Part shown: positions 28,787-38,398 of the stretch, piece after piece
How the letters are laid out: every line of letters begins with the position of its first letter
Position numbering within the stretch: the stretch's first letter is position 1
Assembly (NCBI GenBank): GCA_965228855.1
Contig: CBDDIJ010000003.1
Coordinates: forward strand, 32,001-96,000
Length of the DNA stretch: 64,000 nt
Origin: Candidatus Obscuribacterales bacterium
GTDB lineage: Bacteria > Cyanobacteriota > Vampirovibrionia > Obscuribacterales > Obscuribacteraceae
Reading direction: 5' to 3'
Position numbers and translations under genes: made by a program
Notes under the pieces: generated by a model
Databases searched by the model: none
Seen by the model: only the letters and a program-made list of their open reading frames with translations
Told to the model about the DNA's origin: nothing

Positions 28787-30688
28787 GTGTCAGACGAAAA
28801 GAAAACGCGATACTTCAGGTGGTATCACCTTTATTACATCCTCGCCCTGTTCGGCGTGGCGTCAATTGCTTTCAGTTTATTCCTGAATCAAACCATTATT
28901 GCAAAGTACAACGCGTCCATTGAAGAGAACCGGCAATGGAGCTTGCGTCTCAAGCTTATCTCTGAGCTCAGTCGGATTGCTGCCGACGTCAATGCACCGG
29001 GAAACGATGTTTTTGAAAACCATGACGTCGCCGCAGAACGGCAGCGTTTGGAGCTTCACTTGCGGAACTTGAGGAAAAAGCTGAAAGACGTCCGCGGTCA
29101 GTTTCAATATTTTGGAATACTGGATCTTGACCGATTTCCGAAGCTGGAATCCGACTTGCAGGCAATTGAGAATCGCCTGGATGAGCAAACGGCCGAGGCT
29201 CGCGAGACTATGAATCTGTTCGAGAAAGGAAAAACGGTCGAAGCCGCCAGGCAAATGGCAGTGATGGATCGCTGTTACTACAACGCGAGCGCTGCCCTAA
29301 GAACCTTCTACCTACATCTCACTGACATTCAGAGAGAGTCTTTTGCCGTGCAATCGAAAGAGCTTGAGTTCTTCCGCTCCCTTGAGCGAATCGTCGGTGG
29401 TGTTGTGATGTCTGCAATTCTCGCGATTACGTTCTATGGTCATAAGCTGGCGAAGCAGATAACAAAAGATGAAAGCGAAAAAGAACAGCATGTTATGCAG
29501 TTGCAGGAAGTGAATGAAGGTCTCGAGCTGAAGACGTTCGAATTGCAATCGGCGCTGACTGATCTCAGGGATGCTAACCAGCGGGTGGCTGAGAGCGAGC
29601 AAAAGTTCCAGGCAATTTTCGACCACACGTTCCAGTTCATTGGTCTTATGGATACCAGCGGGAATCTGCTTGAAATTAATCGCACGGCGTTAGATTTTGC
29701 GGGGATAGCTCGCGAAGATGTTGTCGGAAAGAAATACTGGGAAACCTACTGGTGGTCGCACTCTCCGGAGTTGCAAACGAGGCTGAAGCACGCCATAGAG
29801 GAATCGTGCGAGGGCAGATTTGTTCGCTTCGAAGCAACTCAGTTATCTTCCTCGCGTGAAATTGTTTCCGTGGACTTTTCGCTCAAGCCGGTAATTGACC
29901 ATGAGGGCACGGTCGTTTTGCTGATCCCTGAAGGGCGGGATATCACTGAGAAAAAGGATGCTGAGACTCGGGTAAGCGAGTTTTATTCGACTGTATCTCA
30001 TGAACTTCGGACGCCGCTTACTTCTATTCGGGGGTCTCTTGGTCTGATTGCCGGCGGTTTGACAGGTCCCATCACGGGTGAAACCGCAAACTTCGTTAAA
30101 ATTGCAAATGACGAAACCGATCGATTGATACGTCTGATCAACGACATTCTAGACCTTCGAAAACTGGAAGCGGGAATGTTGGAACTTAGAACGGCTAAGA
30201 TTAGCATTCGCGAAATGGTCGATAAAACCATCAAGAATATGAATGGAATGGCATATCAGTCTGGAGTCTCAATAATTGGACCGGACGAATGTCTCGAAAA
30301 TACGACGCTGCCTGAAATTGTATGCGATGAAGATCGGTTGATTCAGGTCTTAACGAATCTGCTGTCGAATGCAATCAAGTTCTCGAAGCGGGATCAAGAG
30401 GTCACTGTGTTGTTGGAGAAACGAGATCCTCAACGAATTCGTTTCTCCGTGAGAGACATGGGGTGCGGCATTCCTGCCAGCCAACGGCACAAGTTGTTTG
30501 GAAAATTTCAGCAAGTCGATCAAACGGACACTCGGAAGAAAGAAGGATCGGGTTTGGGTCTGGCCATTTCCAAAGCTCTGGTTGAACAGCACGGCGGAGA
30601 GATTGGCTTCGACAGCGACGGAAAAAATGGTTCTACATTCTGGTTTGAAGTCCCGCTTGATTGCACAGGAGATAATCGAAGTGCTTGA
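28787..30688 (+). CDS. Membrane sensor histidine kinase (periplasmic helical domain, PAS, HisKA, HATPase)
   Basis: Two TM segments; PAS ([16 protein letters not shown]...GRDITE); [13 protein letters not shown]-box; [18 protein letters not shown]. Confidence 0.95.
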   Translation: MSDEKKTRYFRWYHLYYILALFGVASIAFSLFLNQTIIAKYNASIEENRQWSLRLKLISELSRIAADVNAPGNDVFENHDVAAERQRLELHLRNLRKKLKDVRGQFQYFGILDLDRFPKLESDLQAIENRLDEQTAEARETMNLFEKGKTVEAARQMAVMDRCYYNASAALRTFYLHLTDIQRESFAVQSKELEFFRSLERIVGGVVMSAILAITFYGHKLAKQITKDESEKEQHVMQLQEVNEGLELKTFELQSALTDLRDANQRVAESEQKFQAIFDHTFQFIGLMDTSGNLLEINRTALDFAGIAREDVVGKKYWETYWWSHSPELQTRLKHAIEESCEGRFVRFEATQLSSSREIVSVDFSLKPVIDHEGTVVLLIPEGRDITEKKDAETRVSEFYSTVSHELRTPLTSIRGSLGLIAGGLTGPITGETANFVKIANDETDRLIRLINDILDLRKLEAGMLELRTAKISIREMVDKTIKNMNGMAYQSGVSIIGPDECLENTTLPEIVCDEDRLIQVLTNLLSNAIKFSKRDQEVTVLLEKRDPQRIRFSVRDMGCGIPASQRHKLFGKFQQVDQTDTRKKEGSGLGLAISKALVEQHGGEIGFDSDGKNGSTFWFEVPLDCTGDNRSA

Positions 30689-31925
30689 ACGTTTAAAAAA
30701 CGCTCGCGTTTTCGTTGACGATGATAAAGTGCGAACTCAAATCTGTCGGATTCTCATAAGCGAAAAATTCAGGGTTACGAATTCGAAGACGGCTGCCGCA
30801 ACGGAGCGAGCCGGCGAAACCGCAGACATTGTTGTTTGGGACGATCAGCTTCTTACTGACGCAGGTTCCAAATTTTGTTTGGAAGAGAAAAGACTGAGTC
30901 CCGAAGCAAAATTCTTCTTCGTAAGTAAGGACTGGTGTGGAGAAGAGGATTTCGTCTGGTTACGAGATATTGTCGGTGTGTCGACTCAATTTATCGAACC
31001 GATTAATGAGAAGGTCTTCGTTGCGGGCATTCGTGCGGCACTCATGGGCGAGAAGAAACGACAAACGCTTCTCCCCGTGGATGAACCGTGTAGCACCAAA
31101 GGTGGTGGCGGCACGCTTGCGGATGACCCTGACTCCGTGGCACTTATCGCAATCCAAAAGCAGCTTCGCGAGAGAGTCGTCGAAGAGTGGAAATACTTCA
31201 GTTCTATGGTTGATGACGCGGCGAACGCAGACAGATCGCTTGCGGCATTCGAGCCGCTTATTAAGATCGCACATAAGTTGCGTGGGAGCGCTGGTTCTCT
31301 CAATCTTCTTCAGTTAAGCAAATGCGCCGGTTGTATTGAAGATTGGCTGAAAATGTTCAGGTTTCGTGGAAGTGTACACCGAGACATACTTTTTTCCGCC
31401 ATAAGAGAGCAGATAAGCTCAGGTAATAAAAGTCTCGAGCTGCTTGAGCCAATCGTGCAAACCGTCCAGGGGCGTTCATTTGAAGATGATGGCGACCGTG
31501 CGGCACCGCTGCTAGTGCTCGGCATAGGCGATAATGATGAGCAATTGTCGGAGATTGAAAGGTTGCTTGCTGACGGTGCAAGCGAGTTTTTCGGGCTATC
31601 GGTCCCAGTCAAACTTTTGAGCGAAGCAGAGCTGCTGAAGCCTAATTTGATAATTCTTCATTCCGGAATGATATCCGTTTCAGTTGTCGATGCTTGTGCA
31701 AAAATTTGTTCTGATCTGCACTCCCGGGAGATGGCAGCGGCATGTTTCATCACAGCACAACCGCAGACATTCGATATCTCTGATTTACCGGCGGAAGTAT
31801 CTTGCATTCAGAAAATCTCTGATGGCAGTGGGATTACCGACCTGCAAGGCTACCTTTCGCGGATACGCAGCAGAGGATTACCTCGCAAGGATGATGGCGA
31901 TAGCTCTGAAAGTAAATATACTTAG
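30681..31925 (+). CDS. Hpt-domain phosphotransfer protein flanked by degenerate receiver-like domains
   Basis: [12 protein letters not shown]pt motif; receiver-like FVDDD...VVWD at N-terminus; C-terminal PNLIILH lacks the Asp. GTG 30681 with AGGAGA RBS overlaps the HK stop. Confidence 0.75.
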   Translation: MLERLKNARVFVDDDKVRTQICRILISEKFRVTNSKTAAATERAGETADIVVWDDQLLTDAGSKFCLEEKRLSPEAKFFFVSKDWCGEEDFVWLRDIVGVSTQFIEPINEKVFVAGIRAALMGEKKRQTLLPVDEPCSTKGGGGTLADDPDSVALIAIQKQLRERVVEEWKYFSSMVDDAANADRSLAAFEPLIKIAHKLRGSAGSLNLLQLSKCAGCIEDWLKMFRFRGSVHRDILFSAIREQISSGNKSLELLEPIVQTVQGRSFEDDGDRAAPLLVLGIGDNDEQLSEIERLLADGASEFFGLSVPVKLLSEAELLKPNLIILHSGMISVSVVDACAKICSDLHSREMAAACFITAQPQTFDISDLPAEVSCIQKISDGSGITDLQGYLSRIRSRGLPRKDDGDSSESKYT

Positions 31926-31951
31926 TTAGATAGTCTAATTGAAGTAAAATC

Positions 31952-32623
31952 GTGCCCAAGATTTTAGTAGTTGATGATGATCAAGTCGTTTCAGAACTAG
32001 TCTGCGCCTACCTATCCAACCCTGACTATGTTGTGGAAACCGCAAAGGATGGCAAAGATGCCGAGTGTTTGCTCGCCGTCAGTTCGTTTGATTTGATTGT
32101 GCTCGACTGGATGTTGCCGGATACGACCGGAATCGAAATTTGTCGTGAGTTTAGAGCTCGAGGTGGGCGAGCTGCAATTCTTATGTTGACTTCGCGAAGC
32201 GACAGATTTGACAAAGCTGCCGGTCTTGATGCGGGTGCCGATGATTATCTGGTTAAACCGTTCGACCAGGTAGAGTTTCAAGCTCGTGTCCGAGCCTTGC
32301 TGCGGCGACCGGAGTCGTGGAGCGCAAAAGTTTTAAAAGTACGTGACGTGGAGTTAGACACTGCCAATCGAAAGGTTTTTCGCGGCGGCAAAGAGATTGC
32401 TCTTCGTCCTCGCGAGTACGCATTGCTCGAACTCCTGCTGCGTCATCCAGGGCAAAGTTTCACTGCAGACGCTATCTTCCGAAGGATATGGGAGTCAACC
32501 TCCAGCTCCTCTGTCGAAACCGTACGCATGCACGTAATGGCTTTGCGCAAGAAGCTGGCTGATTCGGAAGAAAGTCCCTTGATAAGTTCTGCCAGAGGTC
32601 TGGGCTATAGAATTGATGCTTGA
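31952..32623 (+). CDS. OmpR/PhoB family response regulator
   Basis: ILVVDDD, LIVLDWMLP, GADDYLVKPF, wHTH ending RGLGYRI. Confidence 0.95.
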   Translation: MPKILVVDDDQVVSELVCAYLSNPDYVVETAKDGKDAECLLAVSSFDLIVLDWMLPDTTGIEICREFRARGGRAAILMLTSRSDRFDKAAGLDAGADDYLVKPFDQVEFQARVRALLRRPESWSAKVLKVRDVELDTANRKVFRGGKEIALRPREYALLELLLRHPGQSFTADAIFRRIWESTSSSSVETVRMHVMALRKKLADSEESPLISSARGLGYRIDA

Positions 32624-32759
32624 GCGATTTCTTAAATATTTGGACGGTTATCCACTGATGGCATGAAGTTGACGTTCAGTTTATGTAAGCGCCCTAAGAT
32701 TTGTTGAGTGAAATCACAAATGCAGCCTACTATCGAGGGCTGCCTCTCGGAGGCCAGAA

Positions 32760-32963
32760 ATGTCCCAAAAATACACAGATATCGTCGTGCTCGATACTTT
32801 GGAAAGTGACGAGATGAAGCGCGTAATCGGTGGTCGTCGCGGCGCTGACGATCCGGCTGGTCACGATGCAAACGACGACAAAGGCGGCCGACGTGGTGGT
32901 AAGGGTCGTGGACGTGGCGGCAAAGGTCGCGGCGGAGCCGACGATGGACCGAACCATACGTAA
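32760..32963 (+). CDS. Double-glycine-leader peptide precursor (25-aa leader + 42-aa Gly/Arg/Asp-rich core)
   Basis: GGAGG RBS 6 nt upstream; leader ...LDTLESDEMKRVIGG fits the GG consensus L(-12), E(-8), hydrophobic(-7), V(-4), GG; lies upstream of HlyD and near a C39 ABC exporter. Confidence 0.85.
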   Translation: MSQKYTDIVVLDTLESDEMKRVIGGRRGADDPAGHDANDDKGGRRGGKGRGRGGKGRGGADDGPNHT

Positions 32964-32984
32964 GGTCTGATTCACATTCAATGT

Positions 32985-33021
32985 AACACCGGTAGTGCCA
33001 GTGGCATTGCCGGTGTTCTTT
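32985..33021 (+). terminator. Stem-loop / partial terminator between precursor and hlyD
   Basis: AACACCGGTAGTGCC-AGT-GGCATTGCCGGTGTT followed by CTTT. Confidence 0.65.
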
Positions 33022-33034
33022 GAAGAGAGTGTAA

Positions 33035-34702
33035 ATGAACAAACCGTCTCGCAAGCGCTCATCGGAAGATGACAAAATCGTCCACCTGTCGCCGGTCCCA
33101 TCAAAGGGCCGGCCATTGTCGCGTCTGGCTCGACGCTACGGCGAGCTCGAACGGACGGAACTACTACCCGAAGTTCTCAGTTATTCGCTCTACGCTTTGC
33201 TCGCGCTGCTCTTGTGCGCTCTTGCCTGGACCGTGTTCGCGCGTGTAGAGGTGGTCGCTGTGGCTCCGGCCAAGCTCATCCCGACGGGTCACGTGAAGGT
33301 TATTCAACCGGATATTGATGGTGTCGTAGATTCCATACCTGTTGCCGAGGGACAGAAGGTCGAGGCTGGGACTGTGCTTGCGGTGCTGGAACCATCTCGC
33401 AGCCAGGCTGAGCTGGACAAACGTGATGCCGGACTGAACATCGCTAGACACGATGTCGATACGATGGCACGAGCTAAAGCTGACCTGGAAGGTTCATTGG
33501 CTAACCCTGGTGTTTCACCCTTGCAATCTGTCGACGTCGAGGGAAGCGCGCGAACAATTTCCGATTTGAACACGGCATACGTCCAATTGCGCGAAGCTGA
33601 ACTGGACAGCAAGATTGTTAGTGGTTTCGACTCTGATAGAGCGTCACTGAGTACGCAATCCGTGAGCTTGAGTGAGCAAAAGAATCTTCACCAGACGGCA
33701 CTTTGCGAACGAGCGGAAGAGCGTAAGTCTAAAGTTGCTCAAAAACGGCTGGAGTTAGAGCAGTTAAGGAAGGCGCTTGAATCCGCCAGAGTCGAACTAG
33801 GCCAGGCAAAATTGATCTTCGACGCGACCACTCAACAGGAAGAGTCTTTCCGTGGAGTATTTCAGCAAGGAGCAGTCTCCAGGGTTGATTATTTGAACAT
33901 CGTCAAAGAGGTCGAGCGCTCGCGTCGAGACGTTACGCGTCAAGAATCAGTCGTAGAAGAACTAACCAAAGAGATTGGTATCGCCGAATGTCAGCTCAGA
34001 GAGCGGATAGCCGATGACAAAGCGGCAACACTGGAGAAGAGGGCACAAATTAAGTCTCTCGATTTCGAGATAGGTAAACTGGGAGTCTTAAAGCGTGATC
34101 TTACACGAAAGCATGCCCTTGCTCTGGCATCGTTCCAGACCGCGCGTGCCAGAACATCCGCATTGCTGGCACGATTGACCGCATCGCTGGACGAACGCAG
34201 GCAGCGGCTTCGCGAAGCCGAGGCTCACCTGCGATTGGCTGACCGGGATCTAAGCGCCACTCAGATTGTCTCACCTGTCTCCGGCACCGTCACTGGTATC
34301 AGGTTGCGAGGGAAAGGTCACGTCGTGAAACGCGGCGAGAAACTGATGAGCGTTGTTCCGGAAGGAGCGGCGCTGGTGTTCGATGCTGTTGTCGCGAACA
34401 AAGATGCCGGTTTCGTCGAGGCTGGACAGGATGTAAAAATTAAGTTGACGGCCTTTCCGTTTGAAGACTTTGGAGTGTTAGAAGGCAAAGTGACTCACGT
34501 AGAGGCGACGTCTGAATCTGCCAACAGCTCCTTCTTTGTGGCGAAGGTTGAACCGAACCAACAGTTCATAATGGTGAGGGGAGAGAGACGTCCTCTGGTA
34601 AGCGGCATGACAGCAAGCTGCGAGATCGTTACCAGAAATCGTCCGGTGATGAACATCCTATTTGAGCCGTTTCGCAGAATGCAGGAAACTCGCTGGCAAT
34701 AG
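33035..34702 (+). CDS. HlyD-family type I secretion membrane fusion protein
   Basis: N-terminal TM, KVIQPDIDGVV lipoyl half-motif, long coiled coil, IVSPVSGTV, KLTAFPFEDFG.LEG.V, LVSGMTASCEI. Confidence 0.94.
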   Translation: MNKPSRKRSSEDDKIVHLSPVPSKGRPLSRLARRYGELERTELLPEVLSYSLYALLALLLCALAWTVFARVEVVAVAPAKLIPTGHVKVIQPDIDGVVDSIPVAEGQKVEAGTVLAVLEPSRSQAELDKRDAGLNIARHDVDTMARAKADLEGSLANPGVSPLQSVDVEGSARTISDLNTAYVQLREAELDSKIVSGFDSDRASLSTQSVSLSEQKNLHQTALCERAEERKSKVAQKRLELEQLRKALESARVELGQAKLIFDATTQQEESFRGVFQQGAVSRVDYLNIVKEVERSRRDVTRQESVVEELTKEIGIAECQLRERIADDKAATLEKRAQIKSLDFEIGKLGVLKRDLTRKHALALASFQTARARTSALLARLTASLDERRQRLREAEAHLRLADRDLSATQIVSPVSGTVTGIRLRGKGHVVKRGEKLMSVVPEGAALVFDAVVANKDAGFVEAGQDVKIKLTAFPFEDFGVLEGKVTHVEATSESANSSFFVAKVEPNQQFIMVRGERRPLVSGMTASCEIVTRNRPVMNILFEPFRRMQETRWQ

Positions 34703-37423
34703 TCAGCTAATGCTAGCCTGAGACCAGAGGTGGTAATAGAGACCTTTCATTCCAAGGAGCTCTTCGTGACTGCCAGCTTCTACCACCTCGCCACGGTCAA
34801 GCACGAGAATTCTGTCGGCGTCACGAATTGTCGAAAGGCGATGTGCCACCACGAATAGTGTCCTGTCTTTTCTCAACTTTTGCATGTTATCTTGCAACGC
34901 TTTCTCTGAATCATAGTCCAAAAAACTGCTCGCCTCATCGAAGAGGAGAATTTTCGGATCGTGCAAAAGAGCGCGGGCAATGCAGAGGCGTTGTCGTTGT
35001 CCGCCGGAAAGATTTATGCCGCCCTCGGAAACCTCGTATTGATACGACTTGGGCAGGGTATTTATGAAGTCGTGAATCCCGGCAAGTTTCGCCGCATCTA
35101 TCACGTCCTGATTCGAGGCCTGCGGATTGTAGAAGGCAATGGTATCAAATATGGTTCCGCGAAAAAGGTAATCTTGTTGAGATACAACTCCTAACTGCCG
35201 GCGAAAGTCTCTCAAGGAGAGATGTTTCAGATCGTGACCATCGACCAGTATGCGCCCCTCGGAAGGCAAATAGAGACCCTGCAACAGCTTGAGCAACGTG
35301 GTCTTACCGCATCCGCTCCTCCCGACTATTCCCACCATCTCTCCGGGTTTCACCGAGAAAGTAAGGTTTTGAACGGCGTTCACATCAGTGTTGCTAGGAT
35401 AGCGAAATGTGACGTTCGCAAATTCAATGTTGCCCTGGACGACGACATTCAACTTGCTTTCTGGTTGAGTTTCTTCCGGCTCAGAGTCCAGCACTTCACT
35501 TATCCGATCGAACGACACTCCCAGATCCTGAACCTCATCCCAGATGTCGACTAGATAAATTATTGGTTGCGTGATTCTTCCTACGATCATCGTTAGCGCC
35601 ATGAGTTGACCGATGGATAATTTATCCTGCATCACCAGTTGAGCACCAAACCATAGAAGCAGTATGCCGCCTATCAGGTGAACAAACTCCGCAGCCATGC
35701 CGGTAAAGCGCGATACCAGCGTTCCTCGATAGCGAGTGTTCAATGCGTCGATAAATAATTCTTCCCAGGCCCAGCGCGTGCGATTTTCCGAAGCAGCCGA
35801 TTTAATCCGCTCAACGCCTCGAATTGCTTCGATTGAGAAAGAATTACTGGCCACCTGCTTTTGAAAAATCTTCAGCATCAATCCACGCAACCAGGGCGTG
35901 ACAATTACCAGAATAGCTGTGAATAGCAAAACGTAGAACACTACTCCGATCCCGAAGGACCAGCTGTAGAGAAAAACCAGCGCGAGGTAAAACACGGCCA
36001 TTAGCATATCGACAGAAGTAGTCAGCGCTGACCCGGAAATGAAATTTTGAATTTTTCGATTTTCTTGCAATCTTGAAATGATGTCGCCAGTGGTGTGCTC
36101 TTCGAAAAAGGAAAGCGGCAGACTGAGAAGGTGCTTGAAGAATCTGGTGAACAATGTCTGGTCGAGTTTAACGGCGACGAATGCCACAAGGTAAACTCGA
36201 ATTGACGAAATCAGCGTTTGAAACAGAATTAAAATCACGACGCCAAGCACGAGCATATTAAGCATCGTGATACTTTTGTGAACTAAAACCCTATCTACGA
36301 CCAATTGCGTAAATAGCGGAATTGACAGGGATAGCATCTGCACCGCTAAAGAGGCTGCCGCGATGTCGATAATCGTTTTCCTGTGCGGAGTAAGAAGCTT
36401 CAAATACCGCGCCAGGGGAAACGACTCTTTCTCACCTTTGCTAAGGGTTGGTAGTGGTGAGAGCTCCAGCGCATACATGCTGAAGTGGGTCGAAAAATCG
36501 TCACGACTGATTGTTGTCAGTTCGTTAGCGGGATCCGCTATCAACGCTTCTGTTTTGTCTATTTCATAAAGCACAACGAAGTGATTGCTGTCCCAATGGC
36601 AAATTAGAGGAAGCCTGGCGCGAAGCAATCCGTCATATGAGGCTCGTAAGCCGCGGCTTATAAAACCGAGCTTTTCTGCGGCTTCCGACATTGAAGACAG
36701 ATCTGTGCCCTGAGATGTTAATCCGACAAGTTCTCTAAGTCTCTTGTGACTGACGTTCATTCCGTGGTGTTTCAAAACCATAGTCATACAGGCAATGCCG
36801 CAGTCCATCGGACTTCGCTGCAGGACCATTGGATACATCTTGAACTTTCTTCTGATGAAACCTTTAAAGGTAACGTCCTCTGTTGACGTCTCATTGAGGT
36901 CGTTCGCTATATTTTGAGTCTGTGGAACTTCGCTCTGTTGCGAACTTTGCGCAGCCTCGTTGGCTTCAGGGCGCGATGCTTGCTTGGAGGAATTGTTGCC
37001 GGGGCGTTTCCAATTTGAGTTAGCTTCCGTCTTTATTTGCAGTGCCGAGGTCCGGAGCTTCGATTCCATCTCGGGATTTTTGGCGAGCCACTCTCTAATG
37101 CATTCCTGAGATACTTTCAAGAGCTCCGTGTTGGTCGCCGAGCGTGCTGCTGTCTCCGTAATTCCTTTCAGGAAAACGGATTCTAAGCCTATAAAATCGT
37201 GAGTTTGCTCGATAACGGCAACTGTTTTTTCTTCACCTGAGTGACTCTGGAATAATCGAACCTTGCCGTTTAAAAGTACATAGACGCACTCCAGCTGGGT
37301 GCCTTCGTCGTAAAGCATGTCTCCCAGTTGAAGCTTTATACGCTCACCGGCATCAATAATCTCTAGCGGAATACTAAAACCGTTGTGCTTGTTGTTACCG
37401 TCCCCTGCCATGATCACCGTCAT
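34703..37423 (-). CDS. Peptidase-containing ABC transporter (cNMP-binding domain + C39 peptidase + TMD + NBD)
   Basis: cNMP-like N-terminus; QRSPMDCGIAC, HWDSNHFVV, IADPA (Cys/His/Asp intact); GRSGCGKTT; LSGGQRQR; LLFDEAS. Confidence 0.94.
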   Translation of the reverse strand: MTVIMAGDGNNKHNGFSIPLEIIDAGERIKLQLGDMLYDEGTQLECVYVLLNGKVRLFQSHSGEEKTVAVIEQTHDFIGLESVFLKGITETAARSATNTELLKVSQECIREWLAKNPEMESKLRTSALQIKTEANSNWKRPGNNSSKQASRPEANEAAQSSQQSEVPQTQNIANDLNETSTEDVTFKGFIRRKFKMYPMVLQRSPMDCGIACMTMVLKHHGMNVSHKRLRELVGLTSQGTDLSSMSEAAEKLGFISRGLRASYDGLLRARLPLICHWDSNHFVVLYEIDKTEALIADPANELTTISRDDFSTHFSMYALELSPLPTLSKGEKESFPLARYLKLLTPHRKTIIDIAAASLAVQMLSLSIPLFTQLVVDRVLVHKSITMLNMLVLGVVILILFQTLISSIRVYLVAFVAVKLDQTLFTRFFKHLLSLPLSFFEEHTTGDIISRLQENRKIQNFISGSALTTSVDMLMAVFYLALVFLYSWSFGIGVVFYVLLFTAILVIVTPWLRGLMLKIFQKQVASNSFSIEAIRGVERIKSAASENRTRWAWEELFIDALNTRYRGTLVSRFTGMAAEFVHLIGGILLLWFGAQLVMQDKLSIGQLMALTMIVGRITQPIIYLVDIWDEVQDLGVSFDRISEVLDSEPEETQPESKLNVVVQGNIEFANVTFRYPSNTDVNAVQNLTFSVKPGEMVGIVGRSGCGKTTLLKLLQGLYLPSEGRILVDGHDLKHLSLRDFRRQLGVVSQQDYLFRGTIFDTIAFYNPQASNQDVIDAAKLAGIHDFINTLPKSYQYEVSEGGINLSGGQRQRLCIARALLHDPKILLFDEASSFLDYDSEKALQDNMQKLRKDRTLFVVAHRLSTIRDADRILVLDRGEVVEAGSHEELLGMKGLYYHLWSQASIS

Positions 37424-37470
37424 CGAGTAACAACTAGTTTATTCCATTTTTTCGCAGTTGCCAGCGGTTG

Positions 37471-38268
37471 CTATTCAAGTCCTTGAGATATCAGCCACGT
37501 GTTTAAGGAGTTTTGAAGCCATTCGTTCAACAACAATTCGGAGATTTCCTCTTCTATATCCTCAGTGAGTTCCGCTCGGAAAACCCCTTCAACTTTGTAA
37601 AGATGATAATTCGAGGCTACCTTGAGGGGACCAATTAAATCTGCCCGTTCAGGAGAAAACGCTTGCGATTCTAGTTCTGCAGCCAGCTTGTCTCGGCGTA
37701 AGCGACCAAGGTATCCGCACTTTGCCCGCGTGGCGTGTTCTGTACTGTAGGTGTGCGCCAGTTCGAAAAAGCTTTCTCCTTCCATAATCTGAGCTTTCAA
37801 TTCTTTAGCGGTCCCCTGTGTTTTGCAGACTATTCTATAAAGCTCTACTTCATCGAATTTCATTCGATTCATCGAGAAATAGCGCTCAACTGCTACTACA
37901 CCGGCAATGGATTTCTTGAATAAATCAATCAGAGCTTCCTTGCGCGCCCAGTCTCTAAGAGCGTCATCGGAAATTTTGACAGTCGCCAACCAGCTTTCCG
38001 TTTCGACTGCTGTAAATAATTTCCGCGATTTTCTGATGTCAGTGATTGCCGCATCCACGTCGTCCTCGTGCGGCTCGAAGCCATTATCCTTGCAGAAACG
38101 CTCGGCAATAAGCGCTAGTAGAGGATCGGCCAGAACAGATTCTTGACGAGTCAGTATGAGCGCGTCGATTGTTTCTGCCAGCGAAAGATTCTTTTCTAGG
38201 AAGTCCCGTGTTTGCTTGCTGATTGTGAAGGCCATCACCGAAATATACGCGATTTCGCTACTTGACAA
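37471..38268 (-). CDS. PpiC/parvulin-type foldase associated with peptide export
   Basis: GESFFELAHTYS...GYLG...LIGP rotamase pattern; co-directional with and upstream of the ABC exporter; start may be ATG 38235. Confidence 0.78.
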   Translation of the reverse strand: MSSSEIAYISVMAFTISKQTRDFLEKNLSLAETIDALILTRQESVLADPLLALIAERFCKDNGFEPHEDDVDAAITDIRKSRKLFTAVETESWLATVKISDDALRDWARKEALIDLFKKSIAGVVAVERYFSMNRMKFDEVELYRIVCKTQGTAKELKAQIMEGESFFELAHTYSTEHATRAKCGYLGRLRRDKLAAELESQAFSPERADLIGPLKVASNYHLYKVEGVFRAELTEDIEEEISELLLNEWLQNSLNTWLISQGLE

Positions 38269-38398
38269 TGCTGATTTGCCACCAGTATATTTTGATCACA
38301 TTTAAACGCGCTTACCACTGGACAGTTGTTACTCGAAACCGTTTTTCGGTTATGAGATAGCTCCCTAAATGTGCTCATCGGGCACTCGGAGATAGACT

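Noticed and set aside
32648..32656. DnaA-box-like TTATCCACT upstream of the precursor
   Set aside because: A single 1-mismatch site is expected by chance.
32632..33116. Antisense ORFs (147 and 128 aa) overlapping the precursor
   Set aside because: Shadow frames. The + strand ORF has the RBS, leader consensus and functional context.
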